NCBI GenBank assembly: GCA_030141605.1
Contig: JAQGDQ010000445.1
Span: 62,001-126,000 of the forward strand
Source of the DNA: Tubiluchus corallicola
Lineage: Eukaryota; Animalia; Priapulida
Direction: 5' to 3'
DNA: 64,000 nucleotides
In this document: piece by piece, positions 43,988 to 54,011 of the stretch
How positions within the stretch are numbered: position 1 is the first letter of the stretch
Layout: each line of letters begins with the position of its first letter
Position numbers and translations under genes: made by a program
The notes under the pieces: model-generated
The model's input: only the letters and a program-made list of their open reading frames with translations
Database searches by the model: none
Told to the model about the DNA's origin: nothing

Positions 43988-46327
43988 CTCTCCTTCCTTC
44001 CCCCCTCTCTCTCTCATGCCCAAACGTTTCCAAATTGAAAGCAAGTAAAGAGCTGACAGAAGCAATCTCATTGAAGGTATAATCCACATGTCAAATGGCT
44101 TCTTCCTAGAACTAGCAGTCAATAAACATGGATTTGCAGGGAGCAGGAATTGATTGAAGAGGTTCAAAATCCTCAGCGTGCAAATTAGAATCGATCAGAA
44201 GAGGAGGCTGTAACACATCAGAATGACAGAGCTGCCAAATATTGACTCCCACAAATCAGAATCAAACTTAATTGCTACAAGTAATGAAATTCATGTTTGC
44301 CATGGTGTAAAAGCGTGTTCACACTAGAACATGTTCACACCGATAAGGTAAACACAGCAGAGAGAGGAATAATAATTATGTACAGACAAGTTAAATTGTT
44401 TGATTCACCCATAAACCGCATCATGTATTGACTTGACGACCTACCACAATCACCCACATGACGCCACATCTATGTTTGGACCTGCCCAAGTCAGATGACA
44501 CCCAAGACAACTTTGTCCACCACTAAAGATAAAACTACAGTTCCCAACAAAATTTACACAATCTACCATTAGCTTATCCACTGCCCAAAAGCTATTCAAG
44601 CTTCTCCATAAAAACAACAATCTTCTGGCCAAGAAGCCACCCAGTATAATACAGCTCAAGATTCAGGGCTTCATACATGTGACAGGGAAAATATTGATCA
44701 GCATTATCCCCTCTTCTTGGGTTCCTTTCCTGACAAGCATTTAGACCATCAGTTACAGTAGACAGTAGTTACTGCACTTGAAGCCATACAATGTAATAGC
44801 AGACGGAGTGGCTTCAGGCCACGGTTGAATAACGATGTTAGAAATTACCGTTTTGTTTAGAGTTCCTTAACAAATGTTCTTGAGAAAAGAACGATAATTA
44901 TAACAAACGTATTTGCTACTTTGTTTCTTGCCAGTACACAGAACACAAACGTAATGTGTTGTGAATTGCGTTTTTAATAAGGTGGGCCAACTTTGAAGCA
45001 AACTACGTTAAAATCCTAGTCAAAAGACAAAATTACGGGCCAAAATTAAATAGCAGAGTGAGTATGTGCACTCTCTACTGCTGAAGTGCACTTGAGCAAT
45101 GCACAGCACCAACAGTGCGTTGTGCTTTGGGGAGTTCTGTAACAAAATGGCGCTGCCCTGATTCTGAAATTCACAAACAGTGCGCTGTGCTTTGGGGAGT
45201 TCTGTAACAAAATGGCGCTGCCCTGATTCTGAAATTCACAAACAGTGCGCTGTGCTTTGGGGAGTTCTGTAACAAAATGGCGCTGCCCTGATTCCGAAGA
45301 TTCACAGTTCTGTTACAAGTAACGTAATGTTTTGTTTGTGGAGTGGTAAAATTGTTTCATACTAATTAAGATACGCTATCGCAAGTTAAACTTTTAACTA
45401 TTTGTGCATATCAAACAATATTTGTCTACTACCTCCAGAATTACACGTCTAAGTTGTTTCTACATTCTAAATCACTTAGTTATGTATTTTGCTATTTTAA
45501 AAATGGGCGATTAACTAATAAACTTACTTTTGTAAAATTTCTTTGCTTTTAGATGCCTTGAAAATGGACAGTAATTATTTGAATCCAGTCGCAATAAAAT
45601 TCTATTATGATGGATGTTATAACTGTGCTAAAAACGACTGGTCACTAAATACGATATTCATTGCTAACTAGTAAAGGGCCCACAAAAAATTTTGCATATA
45701 AATACGCTTTTAATCAAAAATACGCGAACATCCTACATAGTCCTCATTTATCACACCGCGCCAGTAGCAGCAAGTTTTACTGAATTGAGGTTATAGACAG
45801 AGTATAATGGATGACGTCACAACAATGGCTTTGCGTCAGCAGTTTTCCAAGCAAAAATTGCCAAAACTAGAACATCTAATTAACTCGTCGCTACTCCTCT
45901 TGGTGGACGTGTACTAAAATATAGCCCACATCGTGGTGGAGCCCTGTTCTTTCTCTTTCTAAAGAGCTATATATCTCCTTCCGAGACACCCACCAGGCAC
46001 GGCTAGAACGGTTTTTCTGTAGGCTGTTTGACCAAAATTTCGAAAAAGAATCAAATTAGCCAGATGGAGTAATGAACCTATAAGCCACTCATCCATTTCA
46101 GTGGTCAGAAACAGCATTGCCTTTACATCAACCTAATCATTGTAATCCTTATACAAAAAAAATCCCAACGCTTATTTTTTAACACTAAACTAGCTACACT
46201 GTCGAGTATACTTACAAGAGTGAAGGCACTCAATGATGGTACACGCGTCAATGTAGTAGCCCCCACAGAGCACGCACGTCAAATGTGGATTGAGATCCGT
46301 GATGTTCAATTTCGTGGTGCGATGCAT
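34957..46327 (-). CDS. BMI1: Polycomb group RING finger protein, BMI1/PCGF2/4 (Psc-like) with long C-terminal region; spliced CDS span, 8 coding exons, about 1163 aa
   Basis: Minus-strand exons 46327-46216, 43713-43617, 43370-43315, 42461-42305, 41538-41502, 40540-40442, 39354-39271, 37806-34957 join in frame (3492 nt). C3HC4 RING: [92 protein letters not shown]: ISLSIEYF...[17 protein letters not shown]...[26 protein letters not shown]. Confidence 0.96.
36277..36456 (-). repeat. Coding 45-bp (15-aa) tandem repeat, 4 units, inside the BMI1-like tail
   Basis: [60 protein letters not shown]. Confidence 0.92.
38072..38537. mobile_element. Palindromic element with two divergent tRNA-Thr-like heads
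   Basis: Plus head at 38393-38455 (A box TGGCATAGTGG, anticodon loop AATGTAA); minus head at about 38215-38150 (B box GATTCAAATCC); inverted outer arms ATATCAAACTTGAAAG / CTTTCAAGTTTGATAT. Confidence 0.75.
39271..39354 (-). CDS. BMI1: BMI1/Psc-like coding exon 7 (RAWUL)
   Basis: [28 protein letters not shown] |gtaaag. Confidence 0.96.
40442..40540 (-). CDS. BMI1: BMI1/Psc-like coding exon 6 (RAWUL)
   Basis: [33 protein letters not shown] |gtgtgt. Confidence 0.94.
41502..41538 (-). CDS. BMI1: BMI1/Psc-like coding exon 5 (37-nt linker)
   Basis: tttcag|[13 protein letters not shown] |gtaagt; needed to convert phase 2 to phase 0. Confidence 0.82.
41593..42119. mobile_element. pogo/Tigger-type MITE, possibly carrying an inner Helitron-like insert ending CTAGT near 41843
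   Basis: TA|CAGTCAACCTCGGGTATAA ... TTATATTCGAGGTTGACAG|TA. Confidence 0.75.
42305..42461 (-). CDS. BMI1: BMI1/Psc-like coding exon 4
   Basis: [13 protein letters not shown]...EDRGEID...[13 protein letters not shown]; cttgtag| ... GG|gtaaaa. Confidence 0.94.
42621..42896 (+). mobile_element. tRNA-derived SINE with (ATT)n tail
   Basis: A-box-like TAGCCTAGTTG, B-box GTTCGATAC, central GGTCATACCAAAGACGTTAAAAATGGTACC (recalled as Meta/MESC-like core; needs a search), AATAAA and (ATT)n. Confidence 0.85.
43315..43370 (-). CDS. BMI1: BMI1/Psc-like coding exon 3
   Basis: [18 protein letters not shown]; ttttacag| ... A|gtaagt. Confidence 0.95.
43617..43713 (-). CDS. BMI1: BMI1/Psc-like coding exon 2 (RING C-half)
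   Basis: [33 protein letters not shown]; tttcag| ... AG|gtaaaa. Confidence 0.96.
43886..44015. repeat. (CT)n/(GA)n microsatellite
   Basis: Direct inspection. Confidence 0.95.
45111..45306 (+). repeat. 65-bp tandem repeat, 3 units, after a CORE-SINE-like remnant
   Basis: Units start at 45111, 45176 and 45241; preceded by GTGCACTTGAGCAATGCAC. Confidence 0.9.
46216..46327 (-). CDS. BMI1: BMI1/Psc-like coding exon 1 (RING N-half); acceptor at 46347
   Basis: [37 protein letters not shown]; donor T|gtaagt. Confidence 0.96.
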
Positions 46328-46494
46328 CCCGTAAAAACAGGAAGAACCTGGAAACGGGATAAACATCGTAACTCATTCACAGCAGATAAACAACATTAAC
46401 TAAATACAAAAACAAATAACCATGTTTGGGACAAACTATTAGAGTTTAGATTGAAATGTCAAATGAATTGAATAGCATTGCCTTCAGATGACAT

Positions 46495-46915
46495 TGTTGT
46501 CATCGTCACATCATCATCACCACACCACCATCATCATCACATCATCATCATCACATCATTATCATCACATCATCATCACGTCATCACCATCACATCGTCA
46601 TCATCATCACATCATCATCATCATCATCATCACATCATCATCATCACCATCATCATCACCATCACATGATCACCATCATCATCACATCATCATCATCATC
46701 ACATCACCACCATCACATGATCACCATCACGTCACCATCATCACGTCACCACCATCACATCACCATCACCATCATCATCATATCATCATTATCACATCAT
46801 CACCATCACATGATCACCATCATCATCATCACATGATCATCATCACATCATCATCACCATCATCATCATCACATCTTCATCATTCTTTACGACATCATTA
46901 CTATTATTATCATTC
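46495..46915. repeat. Imperfect (CAT)n/(CATCA)n microsatellite
   Basis: Direct inspection. Confidence 0.95.
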
Positions 46916-47942
46916 TTCATTATGTATAACATCATTACAGCACACATGGTTTATTATTTACACATCGCCAATGCGAACTCACAAAAATGATGAACTTTCA
47001 CCGTTCGTATAACAGCTCTCAATATAGCGTACTCGGTTATTGCGTACTGAAGACTTTTTGTCGGGCTCAGCTGTCTGTATTACTATGGATTTATTAGTTT
47101 ATATTGCATATCTCATCTTTGCCAGCCGTTAGCAAATTAATTTAAAGGTAAATTTAATCCGTCCTTCTTTGTGCCATAAAAAATTGAGAGTATTGCAGCA
47201 TAAACGTATCGATAGGCCATTTTGTCTACTAGCTGTATAAAAACAATGACTCACTCTCATCAGCTTGACACCCAGTAGGTGGCGCGCCGCTGAGGTGTTT
47301 CATCAAGTGATGAATTCTACTGCAGTTAGTTTGCTACATAGAAAACGTTTCACACAAGGGACAAACAGAAATTTTACGCAAGAGAAATTGACTGGTTCTT
47401 TTGAATATCACTTATTTTACAGAACATGTCACGTAAAATTCTCGCTCCATTTCATTTTTCATTCACTACTCCCCCCCCCACTTTTATGTATATATTATCA
47501 TTATTCATTATTTCAATTATTAATCATTTTTTTAAGATTTCCACGTACAGTTTGGCCTGTCAAGCTATGCTTTTAGGCCCAAACTGTATGCATCAAAATT
47601 ATTCTGTAATGTAATTTGCACATGTATATGCTGTATTTTGTAATTTCTCGATAATATTGCATTTATTTATATTTATATTTACTTAAATGGATAATTATCT
47701 GTATTTTAATGATAATTGTAAGTTGCAATGTGGAAATGAATAAACTCTTGAATCTTGAATGAATAAATTTACAACTGAATGTGTACACGCAATTTAGTTT
47801 GCAACTCATTAAATTTTCATTTAATGAAATCACGCAAAACACATTTCATTGAATGTCAAACAACGGCACTGTAGTTGACACATGATAGCATCTTCTAAAA
47901 GTACTATGGAGTATCTATGAAGCCACACATTACTACTAATAA

Positions 47943-48173
47943 ATGTAGTAGTCATATAGCTGGGCCATGTAGTAGTCATATAGCTGGGCCATGTAGTAGT
48001 CATACAGCTGGGTCATGTAGTAGTCATATAGCTGGGTCATGTAGTAGTCATATAGCTGGGTCATGTAGTAGTCATATAGCTGGGTCATGTAGTAGTCATA
48101 TAGCTGGGTCATGTAGTAGTCATATAGCTGGGCCATGTAGTAGTCATATAGCTGGGCCATGTTGTAGTCATAT
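47943..48173. repeat. 24-bp minisatellite, about 9.5 units
   Basis: Unit ATGTAGTAGTCATATAGCTGGG(C/T)C. Confidence 0.95.
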
Positions 48174-48633
48174 ATACACGATTAGCCACGTACGCTTATA
48201 GTGTACTTCGGTTATAGAGTATTTTTCCTTGGTTGCTAGCAGATTCGTTATAAAGATGTTATACTGTAGTTTATTTGTAGTTTGTTTATTTTTTCCTGAA
48301 AGCAACTTGCTTGCTCGCTACTGGTTAAGCAATTTTCCAAACACTTGTGAAAAATGTGCAGTTTCTAGTGTCAAATTATTGTAATTAAGTAAAATGATTA
48401 AGTCGTACATTCTAAAGTAAAATGTCCAATCATCAAGTATCTGATGTATGCACAGCGTAAGAAACTAAATGATAAATCCGGCTGCATACAAAAGGGTTTA
48501 CATTACTGTATTAAAATGGTACTATAAAAACAATTAGCAGTGGCAGACTTCATAAAAATATTAAGAAAAATGTTGTGTGTAAATTAAGAAATGGAAATTT
48601 ATGCAATGTTGCTACAGTAAAATACCAACTTAC

Positions 48634-48730
48634 CTTTTTACTTAGAAATTTAATATGCAGATGGTCCCGTTTTGCCAGAATGTTCTTGAAGCTCACATTC
48701 TGATCTCTCAGCTCATCTTTTTCGTTCCAA
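48634..48730 (-). other. Putative 5' leader exon of the BMI1-like gene
   Basis: 97-nt segment bounded by attttcag| and AAG|gtaagt on the minus strand; has a stop in the BMI1 frame; no transcript evidence. Confidence 0.55.
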
Positions 48731-49330
48731 CTGAAAATAAATCAAGAAAATTGTTGAATAAAATCACAAATTTTATTAGTCTTATGAGAACAGAACGTCT
48801 GAAGACTGTTAAATGGATACAGTTTAGGGAAAGTTCACCGAGGAAGATTCAACACAATAGTACTCAAAAAAAAACTACATATTAAGTAAACAGAATGTTA
48901 CAAAACCGGATAATAGATGGCGCTATTTACAAGTAAACTATAAAGTATCTATATTTAATCAGTTCCACCTTGCTAATGTATTAGCGTATTTTATGATTCT
49001 TTCCTGCAAGTAATAGACTACAGCCTATTAGTACTTTAGCAATTCTTTGGCAGGAAAACAGAGAAAATCCTTCCCTACTACACAGCACACAAGACACGGG
49101 CTACTCGTACTGACATTCATACTTCCACTTCAATGCAAAGCACAGCCTAGGTAAGAAAAACTTGATTGCTATGATAACAATCTGGCATTAAAACGTGATC
49201 AGATTTCGTCCCAGAAAAAACAGCATGTCACGTTATGAAGCGCACGAAACGGCGCTTAAAATATTCGCTAAACTGGTTGTCAACCAAGCCGCCCCGGCTA
49301 CAAAGACTTGTTTAGCTTAGAAAACCTTAC

Positions 49331-49400
49331 TACAAGGTCGCGCCGTATATTTCCATCAATACAGCTAGTTCGTCGCGGTTTGATGAACACTCGATTATTA
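49331..49400 (-). promoter_or_regulatory. Candidate first exon/promoter of the BMI1-like gene
   Basis: Locally CpG-rich patch (about 49240-49520) with a minus-strand donor TA|gtaagg at 49331; upstream boundary unknown. Confidence 0.35.
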
Positions 49401-49478
49401 TTATTATTACTATTATGCGCTTTTAATGCTTAACAAGCCGAAACTTTTTGTTCGGACTAGGCGTGACAGGCTGCTGGA

Positions 49479-49810
49479 TAGGGGTGAGCATCGAACGTTC
49501 GAATTCGAGGCGAACGAGTTTTCGATTACAATTCGAACCAAAAATTATGGATTCAAATAATTCACCACTTCAAATTACGTATAAAAAGTTTAAAATATCA
49601 GCACAGTTTTTAAATAAATTATTAGTGCTTTTGGCGCAGAATAAAATCAAGCAATATGCGCTATCTTTGCAGGACTACTTTTTTTACTAACGATTCGAAA
49701 ATTTATATGAAAATCTTTAAAACTGAATTCGATTCGGTCTCAAAATCTTGAAAATTCGGTTCGATTAGAGATCGAAAGTCAAATTTTTGATTCCATTCGA
49801 ATTCGCTTTC
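49479..49810 (+). mobile_element. hAT-like left-end fragment rich in TTCGA repeats
   Basis: Begins TAGGGGTGAGCATCG; many TTCGAA/TTCGAT motifs; right TIR not found. Confidence 0.45.
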
Positions 49811-50268
49811 CGACGGACAATGCTACAACTGTCCACTCCTACTGTTCAGACTAACAGAAAACAATGTGCAAGAAAATAATGTGCAATTTAAATAACGTGA
49901 ACGTATTTAAAAAATTTAGTCACACGTGAAACGATATTAGCCACAAAAACACAACGAAAAATAAAAAAATCTCGATTTTTCTGGAATCCAAGTACAGGTG
50001 CTGTATGTCTTAACACTAGTCTAATTAAAATTGACATTATATCATACATTGGCATTATATCATACACTAATAATTTTTAAAGGGAAATCTTATAACATCC
50101 CATAAAACAATTTATACTCTTTACTCAATATACTGTGAGAAAAATTTCGAGACGTAAATTAAACGATCGGACGAAAACGTGATTTTACTAATAAGTATTT
50201 TTCAGAAGTTCTCACTTTACAGAAATAATTTCACAATAATGCCCGAGCGAATCAATCCGTCGACTTAA

Positions 50269-50930
50269 AACACAAGAGAACCCTTCATAAACATAAAGCT
50301 TAAAAATTCATTTTGAAATTTTATATCCCTTACATACTGCCATTTTGCAATCAGGACTTCAATCGGCAGTCACGCTGTATAAAACATGTAAATTTAAACT
50401 CCCGCAATGACCGTTAGACGCAGCCATTTTCACGACAGGTCATTTGAAACAAGTTTAGATAACATTTTGTAAAGTTTGAAAAAATAATCAGAGCATTCGT
50501 AACGCACAAGTCACTAACTAAATAAAATTTAAAATGACTGTATCTTGTCAAAAAGATTAAAAATACGATTTTTGGTTAGTGAGTGGTGCTCCCTAGAGGG
50601 TGAGTCAGCGACATTTTACCAATTGGTGAACAAATTTCAAATAATTAATAATTTTATTTTCTAGTTACATAAGTCTTTCTAAGTAACATAGATTTGCACG
50701 GAAAGTCTTTTGTGACATAATTTAACGTTTCCTTTTCTTCCCTTGATTTACGCTTGGTACATGACGTCATGTAATGGCGACATGGAAACAGTATTGCGGG
50801 AGATTTAAAATGAAAACAAACTAAAATTCCTTTCAGTGTGTAAGATATACGCATAAAATTGCTGTAAAGTAATATAATTTTTTAAGGCGATTTTTCTGAA
50901 ACCTACTTCAGATGCCCATTTTCTTGTCCT
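50269..50930. mobile_element. Kolobok-like family A, full-length copy
   Basis: TTAA|AACACAAGAGAA ... TTTTCTTGTCCT|TTAA; colinear with 8660-9872 copies. Confidence 0.82.
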
Positions 50931-52737
50931 TTAAGCATATAATATATACGAAGAACGCACTACGAATACTCTGATTGTTTTTCAAACTTTGTGCAATATT
51001 TTCTAAACGACCTGCCGTTAAAATGGCTGCGCCTAACGACCATCGGGAAATTTAAATTTACGAGTTTTATACGGCGTCCTTTAACAAATTTTTCATATAT
51101 ACACAAATTAACAAAGAAATGTTGCAAATAGCATCTTTCAGATTCTAAGCGTCACTTGTAACACATGTCTACACTTTTAACATAAAAACACATATAATAA
51201 CAAATCTGCTGCTTGTATCAAATTGCTATTAGTCTTCTACTACTTAGTGATGATAAATAATCAATTAGTCTAATACACTTCTCTATTTGAACTAGGTAAA
51301 GGGCGTGTTTGCAAAAAGCTTATAAAATTCCAAACTAAAAACTGTCATAAATTTGTTAGAAATGCCTCCCAATCCGAAACTGCGCAACGCAGCAAATAAA
51401 CTAAACAATCAGATAGTCGACTTGATGGTAAATATTCAAAAAAACATTGAAAAAACTTATTATTGCTAGAACGTTGCCAAGGCGTCTGCATTCCAGCACG
51501 TAAAGTGTTAAATTACAATTAGAAGTACCACGGTGTACAAAACAATATTCGTCAGAACTTGATAAATCATCATTTTCATTAAGGATTTAATTTCAACGCA
51601 TGAATTCCTTTAACAGAGAACCCGCCCAATTTCGTGAACTAGTTTAATGTAATTATTACCGCTTTTAAAGGTTATTATTACGAGGGGGTTGATGTTTAGC
51701 CGAGGTTTCGAAAACGGCCAAGTTTTTATTAGAAACAAACAGTATTCAGCTGTCGCCAGATGGCAGCACTAAGAGTTGCCAAGGAAACGTTTTGTTTGTA
51801 CCACAGTCCATTATAGTTACTCAGTATGTTGGGTTTATTTTACTGATACGACTTAAATTTAGAAAAATATAAAAACCATATTTGCAGAAAAATGCCTACA
51901 AAATTAAAATACATTAGCCTTTGAATAGAAATTTTCACGCATGGTGGTTGCCGCCATCGACTCGAAAATTATGACGTAACTGGGAGACTTCGTGACTTTT
52001 CGTAAACCCATCGTGGTTTTCCGTAAGCGTATGCTGCTTAAACTAATTCAGACTTCTGTAGATTACTTAATGTTCACGCAGAAGTATTACAAAATCAGCT
52101 ATCCAACTTATTGTAAAGCTTTTTTGGAAAAACAGTCTTTACGCACAAATCGAGATTTCTTCTAAAAATCACAAACTTACGATCACAATTATTTATCATA
52201 GAAGCAAAGCGCGGGAAGCGACGAAAAACACACGTACCACGTGACATCACACGTCACGTGTCCTTCACGTGCACAAGCAAACGACGCTGATTTATTGCGC
52301 CACCGTACGGGCAAACCAGAACGTTATTTTGACCAGCTAAGCAAATGTTGTCTTATCATGGAATCACCTAGATCAGAAACAAATGTGCGTCTGTCTGTGT
52401 GTCTGTCACGCCCTGATTTATAGCAACAAACTCGTAAAGGCTGCAATAAATTTGTTGCCAACTTCACACGTTGTGAGATGCTATTAGACTTACTGCACAT
52501 GTTTTGGACATTAGCTTAACTACCCAGACGCGCGCCAAGCCATTGAGTATCCAAGTTTATATTTTAGTAGCTGAACTAGTTCACGACTGACGTAATTCTT
52601 CACAGTAATAAAAAAGAGAAAGACTTACAGTATCACAAAAGAGATGGCCAACAAGTTAACATTACCCACCATCGTTCACCAAACATAAATAATGGCGGCA
52701 ATGTATCAGTACATAATTATGAATCACACAGCTTGTA

Positions 52738-53505
<768 letters not shown>

Positions 53506-53835
53506 ACTGAAAGCGCCAGAGAGTTGGCACATTTTAAACGGAAGTAAAAGTCGTAGAGAGAGTTAAAAAACACTCGACATGCGCAAACAAAAATTATGAA
53601 CTTCTATAACCAGGAAATAAATTAGCCAATTTTAACAGTATTTTCTGTCACGTATTTTCGAAAAACCCAAATTGGGATGAGTGTAAAAAAACGTCCTAGC
53701 ACAAACTTAAGTAGAAGAGACTTTAATAAAACAACATTACGTGCGATTTTCGTGCCAATGTCATATTAATTTTTTATTACGGGCGCTTAAAAACATTTAT
53801 GGTACAACACAACTTTATAAAAACTTAAAATTAAG

Positions 53836-53874
53836 CCAAACGTTTCGACATGCTGCTGTTGTCATCATCAGTGG
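53836..53874 (-). ncRNA. Minimal type I hammerhead ribozyme (Penelope-type)
   Basis: Minus strand cca-CUGAUGA-u-gaca(acagcagca)uguc-GAAAC-GUU-ugg: intact core, 4-bp stem II, 3-bp stem I, palindromic AACGUU in place of helix III. Confidence 0.72.
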
Positions 53875-53972
53875 TAAATTTACAAACATACAACAAGTTT
53901 ATATAGGTTGAGCCTGTTTTGCGTTATTAATAAGCTCTGTCTATGTGAACTGGTTGTATGTTTGTAAATTTA

Positions 53973-54011
53973 CCACTGATGACAACAGCAGCAGCCTGTT
54001 GAAATGTTTGA
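53973..54011 (+). ncRNA. Minimal type I hammerhead ribozyme, slightly degenerate
   Basis: cca-CUGAUGA-c-aacag(cagcagc)cuguu-GAAAU-GUU-uga. Confidence 0.55.

Noticed and set aside
44020-44720. Decayed L1/Tx1-like RT fragment on the minus strand
   Set aside because: Composition looks like old coding sequence, but no diagnostic motif could be read confidently
46478-47012. His/Ser/Ile-rich ORFs suggesting a metal-binding protein
   Set aside because: Imperfect (CAT)n microsatellite, antisense within a BMI1 leader intron, with no splice support
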